Shown here: positions 36,352 through 46,832 of the stretch, in pieces
How positions within the stretch are numbered: the first letter of the stretch is position 1
Layout of the letters: the number at the start of each line of letters is the position of its first letter
DNA from: an uncultured delta proteobacterium
GTDB taxonomy: Bacteria; Desulfobacterota; Desulfobacteria; Desulfobacterales; JAFDCJ01
Assembly (NCBI GenBank): GCA_963769935.1
Contig: CAVYNY010000013.1
Location: 256,001-320,000 of the forward strand
Direction of reading: 5' to 3'
DNA length: 64,000 bases
The notes under the pieces: generated by a model
Databases searched by the model: none
The model's input: the letters and a program-made list of their open reading frames with translations, nothing else
What the model was told of the DNA's origin: nothing
Translations under genes and position numbers: made by a program

Positions 36352-37445
36352 TCATGCTGCTTTTCTGCGCGAAAGGTAATCCTGCATGGACCCGATGACT
36401 CCCTTGGGGAAAAAGATGACGACCAGGATGAACAGCACGCCAAAAAGCAGCAACCATCTTTCAAGCAGATTATGCAGCAGGATTGCCCGGGGCAGCAGAT
36501 CTCCGGCCAAGTGCTGCAGGTCAGGCAAAAATGTCTGGGTGATCAGCAAAAAGGCAGCGCCCACAATTCCGCCATAAAGCGTGCCCATGCCGCCGATGAT
36601 GACCATTAGAAGCACATTGAGCATAATCGCCATAACTTCCAGGCTCGACTCCGGATTCACGAATCCCACCCACCTGGCATAAAGTCCTCCGATCAGAGCT
36701 GCCAGTATGCAGCCGAAGGTAATGGAAAGGGTCTGGAAAATAAAGGTCCTGTAGCCGAGCGCCTCGGCCCGCTGCGCATTGTCTCGTATGGCCTGCAGTG
36801 CCCGCCCCAGCGGCGAACGGGTGAAGCGGAGCATCATTAGAAAAAGCGCCAGACAGCTAAATAGAATGAGGTAATAGGTCAACACTCTGCCCGATATATC
36901 GGTGCCCATAAATTTCCCCAGATTAAATGCCAGCTGAAAAAATGCCGGGCATACTGATGCTGATTCCGTCTTCACCACCCGTGAAATTGCTGAGTTTGTT
37001 CGCTAAAACAAACGCCAACTCGGCCAGCGCCAGGGTAACCATCGCGAAGTAAATGGCTTTGACGCGCAGGGAAATAAAACTGATGATCAGTGCCAGAACG
37101 GTGGCGACAACCGTGGCCAGAAGCAGCCCCAGAATCAGGTTGAGGTAGGTGGGGCTGCCGTATTTTTCCAGCAAAAAAGCCACACAATAGGCGCCGATGC
37201 CGAAAAACATGCCGTGCCCGAATGACAGAATTCCGGTATACCCCAGCAAAATGTCGAAACTGGCGACCAGCGACGCAAAAATGACAATCTTCATCGCCAG
37301 ATCAACTGTTTTAAACGATGGGAATAATAAACGGAACCAGCAGGAAAAGGATCAAAATCCCGATCTGCAGAAAAAAACTGCCGCGGGTATACCGTTGCCT
37401 TTTTTCCTGATAGCGAAAAATCTGAACCGGGGTTTGTGCCGCCAT
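36352..37445 (-). CDS. LIV-type ABC permease (LivM-like), frameshifted (~36925, ~37330)
   Basis: LLGYTGILSFGHG, YFAMVTLA, TGGEDG, SPLGRALQAIRDN, IIGGMGTLYG across adjacent ORFs. Confidence 0.8.
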
Positions 37446-37664
37446 AGCTCAGTCCTTAGAAGCTGAAGTCAAAAAATTGAAGATTGTAAGATTCCTATTT
37501 CTGAATATCAGATGACAGAGTCCATCAACTTTACTAATTTAATCCATGGAAAGGCATCGTCACCTGTGCCCCGCAACCCGTAACCCGCACCATCAGCCCT
37601 GCACCGTGCGCCTAATGCCTTATACCTTATACCTTTCACCTTTTGCCTTTCACCTTATTTTCAT

Positions 37665-38654
37665 TCATTTCCCCGCCGCAAACAATCCTGTCGGTCGAAT
37701 GAGAAGGATTACTACCATAATTAGGATATTGACGCCGGCGGCGGCCCAGGGGACCAGATAGGCCACGTAGTTATAGGAGAGCCCCACGATAAGCGCACCT
37801 ACCAGGGAGCCCGTAACACTTCCCAGACCGCCGATGATAACCACGATAAATGCAAATAGCAGATAGGTCGAGCCCATGTCGGGATAGACCTCCAGGCTGA
37901 ATATACTCATTGACAGTCCGCCCAGCGCTGCCAAAGCGGCGCCGACTGCAAACACGCCGGTAAACAGCAGGAAAATATTATGGCCCATGGCCTGGACCAT
38001 CTCGCGGTTTTCGACACCCGCCCTTACAATTGTGCCGATTTTGGTTTTTTTGAGAATAAGCTGGATCACACCGTACACGAGAATTCCGATTAAAATGCAG
38101 ACTATCCGGTATTTGGCTATGATGATATCGAAGACATCCCAATTTCCCCTGAAGGTCATGGGTACCGCCATGACTTCATCATTCGGCCCCCAGAAGACGC
38201 GAATCAACTCCACCAGGACGATCGTTGCGCCGAAGGTGATCAGGATCTGAAACAAATGATTGCCGTACACCCGACGTACGATGAATCTTTCCAGCATGAT
38301 ACCCAGCAGGGCTACTGCCGCCATCGCCGTAAAAATGGCTGCCAGAAACACGCCGAAATTCAGACCGACCGAATCGGCCTCGACCCAATTGCTCAAAAAA
38401 TTAAAAACACTGAAACCAAAATACGCGCCCCAGGCAAACAAGGCGCCGTGGGCAAAGTTCAGGACATCCATCAGCCCGAATATAATGCTGAGACCGGAGG
38501 CAATCAGAAAAAGCAGCATGCCCATGGCCAGCCCCGCGATGGTCAGGGTCAGATAAGTTTTCGCAGGTATGCCCACCAGCGGGAGCATGAATAGCAAAAG
38601 AACTCCCGCAATCGTGAATTGATTATGCCGGCGTACTGATACGGTCAGGGACAT
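37665..38654 (-). CDS. LIV-type ABC permease (LivH-like)
   Basis: ASGLSIIFGLMDVLNFAHG, VVIIGGLGSV.G, IRPTGLF. Confidence 0.9.
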   Translation of the reverse strand: MSLTVSVRRHNQFTIAGVLLLFMLPLVGIPAKTYLTLTIAGLAMGMLLFLIASGLSIIFGLMDVLNFAHGALFAWGAYFGFSVFNFLSNWVEADSVGLNFGVFLAAIFTAMAAVALLGIMLERFIVRRVYGNHLFQILITFGATIVLVELIRVFWGPNDEVMAVPMTFRGNWDVFDIIIAKYRIVCILIGILVYGVIQLILKKTKIGTIVRAGVENREMVQAMGHNIFLLFTGVFAVGAALAALGGLSMSIFSLEVYPDMGSTYLLFAFIVVIIGGLGSVTGSLVGALIVGLSYNYVAYLVPWAAAGVNILIMVVILLIRPTGLFAAGK

Positions 38655-38748
38655 ATTAAAGATGCTTTCTCATGGAATGTGCTTGGCATCATCAACAAAA
38701 ATTGTCGACACCGCGCCGCCAAACGCGCAGTTATTATGCTCCTAACTT

Positions 38749-39472
38749 CTATTGCTTCGCCCTGGAAATACCCAGATACCTGCTCTTCAACTCATCATTG
38801 TCGATAAGGTCGGCCATTTTGCCGCTTTGGACGGCCTTGCCGTCATCCATAATATAGAAGCGGTCGCCTACACGGCTGGCCATATAAAAATTTTGCTCCA
38901 CCAGGACGACAACGCTGTGTTCCTTGATTTGATTGATGGCTTCGATGAGGGCCTCCACGATAATCGGTGCCAGTCCTTTGGAGGGTTCATCAATAAGAAG
39001 CAGTGAAGTTTCATTGACAATCGCCCGCGCGATGGCAAGCATCTGTTTCTGCCCGCCGCTCAGAATTCCGGCCTGGGCCCTCCAGAAGTTCTTAAGATCC
39101 CGGAACATTTCCAGGGTCCATTCCAGCCGGCGGCCCGTCGCTTCGTCTTCCGCCAGCATGGCCACCCGCATGTTTTCCTCCACGGTCAGGTTGGCAAAAA
39201 TGCCCATGTCCTCCGGAACAAAGCCGATCCCCAGTCGGGCGATTTCATAGGGTTTCTTTTTCTGAATTTCCTGCCCGTTGTATTTGACTATACCCTGCGA
39301 CGGCGGCCAGAAGGCCCATCACCGTCCGCAGGGTCGTGCTCTTGCCGGCGCCGTTGCGGCCGATAAGCACGGTGACTGCGTCGGCCCGGGCTTCAAACGA
39401 CAGACCCTGCAGAATATGGTGGTGGCCGATAAAGGTATGGACGTCTTCAACGTTTAAAATCGTTTCATTCAA
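38749..39472 (-). CDS. LIV-type ABC ATPase (LivF-like), frameshift ~39290
   Basis: GRNGAGKST, LSGGQKQM, IDEPSKGLAP, LVEQN. Confidence 0.85.
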
Positions 39473-40243
39473 GTTTGGCTCCTCCGCCGAGATAGGCTTC
39501 CTGGACCTCCTTGCTGCGATAAATGGCATCCGGATCGCCGTCGGCGATCAGCCTGCCGTTCTGAAGCACGCAGATGGAATCCGAAAGGGCCATGATCATG
39601 TCCATCTTGTGTTCGACCAGCAGAAGGGTCCGGTCCCGTGATGATTTGATTTGCTCAAGTATCGCCAGAATTGCCGGCACTTCTTCCTGCGACATTCCGG
39701 CCGTCGGTTCATCCAGAAAGAGAATCTTCGGCTTCAATGCCATCAATATGGCCAACTCAAGCTTGCGCTGTTCGCCATGGGTCAGGGAACTGGCCGGCGC
39801 GGACCACCTGTCCTCCAACAGCAGATCTTTGAGAATAGCATAGGCTTCATCTTCGGTTTCTGAGAAGTGAAGGTAGTTGCGCCAGAAATTCAAACCGAAT
39901 CCCCGGCGTGACTGTATCGCAATCCTGACATTCTCCAGAACACTCAACAGAGGAAAAATATTGGTCAGCTGGAAGGATCGGCCGATCCCCAGACGTGTCC
40001 GCAGGGCGGGCCCCAGCTCGGTGATATCCTGTCCTTTGAAGAATAACTTGGCCCCCGGTCGGCTTTATACTGGCCGGTCAGCAGGTTGAAGAATGTGGTT
40101 TTACCGGCACCGTTGGGACCGATAATGGATTTCAAGGTAAATGCTTCTACCTGCAGATTCACATGGTCAACCGCCACATGTCCGCCAAAGCGGATGGTCA
40201 GGTCCTTGGTCTCAATTATCGGTTCTGCCTTGTTGGTGCTCAT
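39465..40243 (-). CDS. LIV-type ABC ATPase (LivG-like), frameshift ~40050
   Basis: GPNGAGKTT, LDEPTAGM, VEHKM, VQEAYLG. Confidence 0.85.
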
Positions 40244-41439
40244 CTCTTATTCATAATCGGTGGTGCCGTCTCCTCCATGGTCAAGGTCTTGATGAGAACC
40301 GGAATGGCCCACTCGACATCGGGTTTTACTTCAAGCTTGAAGGCAAACATGGCCTGCAGCGCCTGATGGTCTTCCTTTCTAAACTTCATCATTCCCTTGG
40401 GTGTCATGAACTCCATGCCCTCCATGGTTGCGATAAGCTTTTCGGTGTCCGTGCCGCCCGCTTTGGTTATGGCTTCCACCACGGCACTGGCGGCTGCAAA
40501 ACCTCCGCAGGTGAAGAAATCCGGCGGTTCGTTAAACCGTTTGAGGTGTTCTTTCACCAGCCAGTCATTGACCGGGTTTTTAGGATTCTCGTAGTAGTAG
40601 TAAGTGGCACCAATCATTCCTTTGAGGGGTTTCATCGTCTTGAGGACAGCAAATACATTACCACCGGTGGTGATCTCGATACCGTACTTGTCAAGGCCGG
40701 CATCGATCAGCTGGGTTATAGGACTATTTTTTCCGGCCCAGATGACCCAGACATACTTGGGTGAAGGTTTGTCCTTAAGGGCCTCGATAATCCTTTGGAT
40801 CGGAGCCGTAAAATCCGTACCTTTAGGATCACAATATTCCTCGTGCACCACCTTGGCGCCGAGTTTTTCGGCGGCCTGCTTGTAGGCCGCGATGCCGTCC
40901 CGGCCGAAGGCATAGTCCTGGCCGATGCACGCGATGCTGACCCCCGGCTTGGCCACGGCAACGGCGTTGGAAATGGCATCCTGGCTGGAGTTGCGGCCGG
41001 TCCGGAAAATATAACGATTCCAGTTTGCGCCGGTAATGGAATCGGCCACGGCGGGTTCGACAATCAGGATCTTCTTGAATTCCTCGGCCACCGGCAGCAC
41101 CGCCAGCGCCACCCCGCTGCTGGTCGGTCCGATGGCAAGATCCACCTTGTCGTCGCTGTAAAGCTTGGTAAGGAGCATCTTGGCTCTTGCCGCTTTAAGC
41201 TGGGTATCTTCGACGTAAAGCTTTACATCCCGCCCGAGGATCTTATTGGTTCCCTTGGTAAAGTACTCCAGCCCCATTTTAAAACCGGTGACCTCCGCTT
41301 TGCCGTATATCTCGTAGGCTCCGCTGATTCCCTGGATAATTCCAATTTTAATCGGTTCAGCCGCCAAAGCCTGTGAGGAGATCAAAAAAATGGCCAGACA
41401 GAAAAAAAGAAAATAGTTTGCAACCTGCTTTGCTTTCAT
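40240..41439 (-). CDS. LIV-family periplasmic substrate-binding protein
   Basis: Signal peptide; PIKIG, GPTSSGVA, RYIFRTG, DYAFG, TPKG..FR..DHQA. Confidence 0.9.
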   Translation of the reverse strand: MKAKQVANYFLFFCLAIFLISSQALAAEPIKIGIIQGISGAYEIYGKAEVTGFKMGLEYFTKGTNKILGRDVKLYVEDTQLKAARAKMLLTKLYSDDKVDLAIGPTSSGVALAVLPVAEEFKKILIVEPAVADSITGANWNRYIFRTGRNSSQDAISNAVAVAKPGVSIACIGQDYAFGRDGIAAYKQAAEKLGAKVVHEEYCDPKGTDFTAPIQRIIEALKDKPSPKYVWVIWAGKNSPITQLIDAGLDKYGIEITTGGNVFAVLKTMKPLKGMIGATYYYYENPKNPVNDWLVKEHLKRFNEPPDFFTCGGFAAASAVVEAITKAGGTDTEKLIATMEGMEFMTPKGMMKFRKEDHQALQAMFAFKLEVKPDVEWAIPVLIKTLTMEETAPPIMNKR

Positions 41440-41957
41440 GGGCTTACCTCCTTTTTCGGTTCTTCTTTGACTCTATTCAGCTCTTCTTCAAACTTTTTGA
41501 AAAAGTCATCTTTTTCTTTCCAGTCGGCCCCAAATTGCCGTTCAAAGTACTCGCTTAATTTATCGAGCTGGTTTTTCCAGACCATTTTTTTACTTCGGGT
41601 AATAACATCGACCAGATAAGTATCAAGTTCGGCCATCATTTCCTTGGGCAAAAACGACACCGCACCTAATTTAATGGATTCTTTCAAAGCTTTCGGCGTC
41701 AGGGCATGCGCGGTTAGCATTACGGTAGGAAACCCTTTTGAAACTGATTTTTTCAGCAGTTCGAATCCCCTGACGCCCATAATGTCCAGGATGACGATGT
41801 CAAACTTAAAGCCGGCCAGCAACTGCATCGCAATTTCATAATCCTTGGCCCGGTAGATCCGGCACATATCGAGTTGCTCGGCAATGGCATCCAGAATATC
41901 AGGCTCGTCATCGACCACGAGGATGACTTTATTTTTCAAAAGGCGATCCGAAGTCAT
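41436..41957 (-). CDS. Response regulator receiver with C-terminal helical extension
   Basis: ILVVDDE, ILDIMGV, MLTAHA, LPK. Confidence 0.85.
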   Translation of the reverse strand: MTSDRLLKNKVILVVDDEPDILDAIAEQLDMCRIYRAKDYEIAMQLLAGFKFDIVILDIMGVRGFELLKKSVSKGFPTVMLTAHALTPKALKESIKLGAVSFLPKEMMAELDTYLVDVITRSKKMVWKNQLDKLSEYFERQFGADWKEKDDFFKKFEEELNRVKEEPKKEVSP

Positions 41958-42092
41958 TTCACGTTTGTCTCCTTTTTCGAATCATATTTGTTTGAATTGT
42001 TACCCTAACTGCAGCAACAGGAATTTCGAGCGCCGAAAGTTTCGCGCCGACCTGACCTTATCGTTGCATTAATATGTATACCTAATTTAGGA

Positions 42093-42800
42093 TTATATCA
42101 TCAGGTACTTTTCCCTGACCTCCTGATTGGTGCGCAGCTCCTCTATACTGCCCTGATATCGAATTCTCCCCTTGTCGATCACATACGCCCGTTTTGCAGT
42201 CATGGTGGCAAACTTGACATTTTGCTCGGAAAAAAGAATCGTTTGCCCCAGCTCCTTCAACTTCAAGATCTGTTGGCCCAGATCTTTCACTACCAGAGGC
42301 GCCAAACCCTCAACCGGCTCATCCAGTAAAAGCAGTTCGGGATTTCCCATCAGCGTTCTTCCCAATGTGAGCATCTGCTGCTCACCGCCGCTTAAGGTTC
42401 CGCCATGCTGCCTCTGTCTATCAGCGAGAATGGGAAACAGTTGATAGATCCGGTCAAGCGTCCAGGGATCGCCGGCGAAATCTTTAGGCACCTTATAGGC
42501 AAGTTCCAGATTTTCGCGCACGGTCAGATCGGGGAAGATCAACCGATTATCCGGCACATATCCCATCCCTTTGCGGGCGATGTAGTGCGGCGGCCGGGAG
42601 CGCAGATCCTCACCGTGAAATCGAACGCTTCCCGATTTGGCCGGGGTCAGGCCCATAATGCTTCGCATCGTAGTGGTCTTGCCGGCTCCGTTCCGACCCA
42701 GCAGGCAAACGACCTCGCCGCGGTCCACCGTCAGGGAAACATCGAACAGGATATGGCTCGTCCCGTAAAACGTATTGATCTCCTTGACCTCAAGTATCAT
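42093..42800 (-). CDS. LIV-type ABC ATPase (LivF-like)
   Basis: GRNGAGKTT, LSGGEQQM, LDEPVEGLAP. Confidence 0.92.
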   Translation of the reverse strand: MILEVKEINTFYGTSHILFDVSLTVDRGEVVCLLGRNGAGKTTTMRSIMGLTPAKSGSVRFHGEDLRSRPPHYIARKGMGYVPDNRLIFPDLTVRENLELAYKVPKDFAGDPWTLDRIYQLFPILADRQRQHGGTLSGGEQQMLTLGRTLMGNPELLLLDEPVEGLAPLVVKDLGQQILKLKELGQTILFSEQNVKFATMTAKRAYVIDKGRIRYQGSIEELRTNQEVREKYLMI

Positions 42801-43540
42801 TCTTCCTCTCCGAGGTATATTTTTTGCGCCATCTCGTTGGCCCGGACCTCTTCCGGGCGGCCTTCCGCAATAATTGACCCCTGGTGCAAAACCGTGAGCC
42901 GCCTTGCATAGCCGAAGACAACCGACATGTCATGCTCGGTAAAAAGAATTGTCAGCTCCATCTCCTGATTCAGGCGTTTTACCAGTTTCATCGTTTCCTG
43001 GGTTTCTTCGCTGGACATCCCGGCCGTCGGCTCATCGAGGAAGAGCAATTCCGGCCTGCTTCCCAGCGCAATGGCCAGTTCCAAACGCTTTTTATCTCCC
43101 TGGGAAAGATTGCCGGCGATACGGTCGGCATGCTGCGCCAGCCCGGTAACCTCCAGCAGTTCCAGGGTTTCCGGTTTGGCCAGTCGATGCGCCGGTGTAA
43201 AAAAATTGAGCGTTTTCCTTTGCTGGGCCAGAATTGCCTGCCGAACATTCTCATAGGTTGTCAGGGCCAGATAAATATTGCTGACCTGGAAGGCCCGCGC
43301 AATGCCTAACCGGGCAATTCGATGGGGGGGCTGGTTGGTAATATCTTGGCCCTGAAAGAACACCCGGCCGGAATCCGCTTTATGGTAGCCGGTCAGCAGG
43401 TTAAAAAAGGTACTTTTGCCGGCCCCGTTGGGACCGATGATAGCGGAAATCTCCCCGGTCTGCATCTCGTAGTTCACATCGCACGTTGCCTGCAGACCGC
43501 CGAAGGCTTTGTTGAGATGTTCCACTTTCAAAATTACCAT
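42797..43540 (-). CDS. LIV-type ABC ATPase (LivG-like)
   Basis: GPNGAGKST, LDEPTAGM, TEHDM, YLG. Confidence 0.92.
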   Translation of the reverse strand: MVILKVEHLNKAFGGLQATCDVNYEMQTGEISAIIGPNGAGKSTFFNLLTGYHKADSGRVFFQGQDITNQPPHRIARLGIARAFQVSNIYLALTTYENVRQAILAQQRKTLNFFTPAHRLAKPETLELLEVTGLAQHADRIAGNLSQGDKKRLELAIALGSRPELLFLDEPTAGMSSEETQETMKLVKRLNQEMELTILFTEHDMSVVFGYARRLTVLHQGSIIAEGRPEEVRANEMAQKIYLGEEE

Positions 43541-43565
43541 AGCACGATGTCTCCCTATCCAGCGA

Positions 43566-44507
43566 TTATTTCGCCTCGACGATATGATCCTTGCTCTCCA
43601 TGGTTTTAAACTTTGCCTTGGCCAGCCCCAGGACACCGCCCGGCAGGTATAGAACAACGAAGATAATCACCAATCCGATGGTCAGCGGCCAGTATTGGGT
43701 AAAACCCGTAACGAAGGCAAACAGAAAGGTGTAAATCAGGGAGCCGATGATGGGGCCCAAAAAGCCCATCGGCCCGCCGATGACGGTCATGAAAACCGGG
43801 ATGCCCGACTGTTGCCAGTTGCACAGGTCCGGGGCAATGCTGCGGTTGAACGGTCCCAACAGGCCGCCCGCCAATCCGGCGAACATACCCGCCAACGCAA
43901 AGTTGATGAGCATGTATTTGCGAACATTGATACCGATAAACCGGGTGCGGTCGGCATTCTCCCGAATCGTTCGCATGGTAAATCCAAAAGGCGATTCACT
44001 GATAAACCACATAACAATCAGGCCCGCAATAACTATAAAAAGGGTGAAGTAGTAATAGGCCGTCGCACTGTCGAGCCAGTCCGGGGGGACGATTCCCTGC
44101 AAACCATTGTCCCCGCCGGTAAATGCGTACCACTGAAATATGATATAATACAGCAGCTGCCCGAATGCCATGGTCAGAATGGCAAAATAGATCCCGGTCA
44201 GGCGCACACAAAAATAACCGATTACCAGCGCCAGCAACCCTGCCGTGACCATCGAAACCGCCAGGCAAATAGGAAGCGGAACCGACGCCTTGACCATCAG
44301 CAGGCCGGTGGCATAGGCGCCCGCTCCGAAATAGGCGGCATGGCCGAAGCTAAGCTGGCCCATGTAGCCGAAAATCATATTGAAGCTGACCGCAAACAAC
44401 CCTAAAATCAGGATCTCGATCGCGACGTGGACCCAGAACTCCCCGATAAACAAAGGCAATATAAGACTTACAACGAAGATTACCCCCAGCCACCAGTATC
44501 TAATCAT
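43566..44507 (-). CDS. LIV-type ABC permease (LivM-like)
   Basis: GQLSFGHAAYFG, YFAILT, TGGDNG, SPFG. Confidence 0.9.
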   Translation of the reverse strand: MIRYWWLGVIFVVSLILPLFIGEFWVHVAIEILILGLFAVSFNMIFGYMGQLSFGHAAYFGAGAYATGLLMVKASVPLPICLAVSMVTAGLLALVIGYFCVRLTGIYFAILTMAFGQLLYYIIFQWYAFTGGDNGLQGIVPPDWLDSATAYYYFTLFIVIAGLIVMWFISESPFGFTMRTIRENADRTRFIGINVRKYMLINFALAGMFAGLAGGLLGPFNRSIAPDLCNWQQSGIPVFMTVIGGPMGFLGPIIGSLIYTFLFAFVTGFTQYWPLTIGLVIIFVVLYLPGGVLGLAKAKFKTMESKDHIVEAK

Positions 44508-44538
44508 GGGATTACACCCTTTTTTTGCACTTTTTGCT

Positions 44539-45423
44539 TTACGCCCTGGCAGGCGTCCCAAACAATCCCCACGGCCGAATGATCAATATAAAGGCGGTGA
44601 TGACAAATATCAGTACAAGGGCACCCTGGGGCCAGAAGAGGATCGAAAACGCGTACACTTCGCCGACAATGATCGCTGCCACAAAGGTTCCCAGCAGGCT
44701 CCCGAAACCGCCGATGACCACCACGCAAAACGCCTGGATAACGACCGCCATATCCATTCCCAGCGTAATCGATCCCACCGGCGCTTGGACCGCCCCGGCC
44801 AGCCCGGCAATGAAGATCCCCAGCGCAAAGACCCCGGTATAAATCCGGGGAATAGGGATGCCTAAAGCGCCCACCATCTCCCGGCTGAAGACCGCCGCCC
44901 TGACGATATGGCCGTAGCGGGTCTTCTTCAGGAACCACCACAGGCCGAAGGCCACGGCAAAACCGATACATATGACGAAGATAAAATAGGAGTCGAAAGG
45001 CACCCCGAAAATAAAAACAGGACCCGCCACCAGCGGCGGCCGGACAATCAATTTGTCTTCCACCCCCCAGAAAATTTTAATCAAATCGCCTAGAACCAGG
45101 ACCAGCGCATAGGTGAGCAGAAGCTGCTCGGGAAGCTCCCTTTTGTAAACGCGGCGGATTAACACCACCTCGATAACCCCGCCGATAGCGGCCAGGGCCA
45201 GGGCTGCCAGGATAATACTGAGCCACAGCCCAAAACCGTAGTCCTGCAGCAGATACCAGAAAGAGTAGCAGAGGTAGGCCCCCATCAGCCAAAAGGTCGC
45301 ATGGGCAAAATTCAGAATGTTCATCACGCCGAAAATAAGCGACAGTCCCGAGGCGATGAGGAACAGCATCATGCCCCGGGAAAGTCCGCTCATAAACTGC
45401 GCAAATATCATAGATGTATCCAT
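44539..45423 (-). CDS. LIV-type ABC permease (LivH-like)
   Basis: ASGLSLIFGVMNILNFAH, VVVIGGFGS, IRPWGLFG. Confidence 0.9.
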   Translation of the reverse strand: MDTSMIFAQFMSGLSRGMMLFLIASGLSLIFGVMNILNFAHATFWLMGAYLCYSFWYLLQDYGFGLWLSIILAALALAAIGGVIEVVLIRRVYKRELPEQLLLTYALVLVLGDLIKIFWGVEDKLIVRPPLVAGPVFIFGVPFDSYFIFVICIGFAVAFGLWWFLKKTRYGHIVRAAVFSREMVGALGIPIPRIYTGVFALGIFIAGLAGAVQAPVGSITLGMDMAVVIQAFCVVVIGGFGSLLGTFVAAIIVGEVYAFSILFWPQGALVLIFVITAFILIIRPWGLFGTPARA

Positions 45424-45436
45424 GAGTCCGCCTCAA

Positions 45437-46673
45437 TTATTCAGACTTCCCGGCTCTGGCCGCCTCAATCTCCGCTTCGGGACGCCAGGAATCCGGGCCT
45501 TTGACCTCGACCAGATCATGGTAGATGGGGAAAGGATACCTGGGGTCATCGGCCACCACACCGAGGTAGGAAGAGCAGCTCAGCTGGTTGTCAATCTCAC
45601 GAAAATAGAGCCGGCCGCGGGTCGTATCGACGGTTGCCCCCTTGAGCGCATCCTTGACTTTATCGCTGTCGATGCTGCCTGCCTTTTCAATGCCCTGTTT
45701 CAGGACATACACCGCGTCATATTCCATTACGGCCCAGTCACTCGGATAGCGGTTGTAAACCTTTCTGAAGTTCGCTACAAAATTCGCCATCATGGGTACA
45801 TCCAGGTGGGCAAAAAAGGGCGCCCGGCACAATCCGACCAGACCGCGGGTAAGCGTTTTGGCTTCAATGATCAGCTCGGAGACACTGATCAACGATCCGG
45901 GATAAGGTATTTTGTCGAAGAATCCGTAGGCCGTCGCCTGCTGATTGAAGGCCACGTTGTCTTTTGAAGCCAGGGAACCGATTACAAAATCCGGCTTCTG
46001 GCTCATGATCGCCGTAATATAAGAGGTAAACTGCGTCTCGCCCAGGGCCGGCCAGTACTCTTTTTGCAGTGTCAATTCGGGTGCGTATTGTTTCAAGAGG
46101 GCCACCGTATTATTTTGGGTCGATCGGCCCCACTCATAATCCGAGGCAATGGTTATGTAATTTTTCCAGCCTTTCTTTTTGGCCAGCTGCAGCAACGCCT
46201 AAAACGACGGCCTTGGCCTGCATATAGCTGTTGGGAACCACCGAGTAGGTGTAAGGGCTGAAATTGACTTTGGTGATATTCTCCGAATTGCTGATGGCCG
46301 GAATATGAAGCACCTTGTGCTCCTGGGCCACCGGTTTTATGGCCACGGCACAGGCGCTGGAATAGGTCCCCAGAATGGTACGAACTTTATCCCGCAGGAT
46401 CAGGTCCCTGGCCTCGCGTACCGCAATGTCCGGTTTCGTATGGGTGTCGCGGATAAAGAGCTTGATGGGGTACTTGCCCAGGAATCCGCCCTGGGCGTTA
46501 ATCTCCTTCACGGCGAGTGAGATGGCGTCGATGCCGTCCTTGCAGTATAAAGCGCCGGTGCCGGTAATCGCCAGGTCGACTCCCAGATTATAAGTCTCCG
46601 CAGCCGGCGCCATGGCGGCGACCGCAATCACCATAAAAACACCAAGAAAAATTATAAAGCATTTACTTTTCAT
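45437..46673 (-). CDS. LIV-family substrate-binding protein, frameshift ~46190
   Basis: ORFs 46134-46673 (signal peptide, INAQGG, GTYSS) and 45437-46195 (DYEWG, YDAV, FRE.DNQ) join with one extra base. Confidence 0.85.
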
Positions 46674-46832
46674 TTCCTCCTCCTTGATTTGAATGTTGGC
46701 GGTTGGTTGGTTTAAGTTCCCATAATTTATAGGACTAATAGGACTAGATTATAGGGCCTATAGGACTTATAGGACCTATAGAAAATAAGTAATTTGTCTA
46801 ACTGTTGTTGTCTATGGGCTCTGCTCTATGCC

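Noticed and set aside
36352..46673. Programmed frameshifting in the ABC genes
   Set aside because: Scattered single indels without consistent slippery sites; sequencing error is more parsimonious
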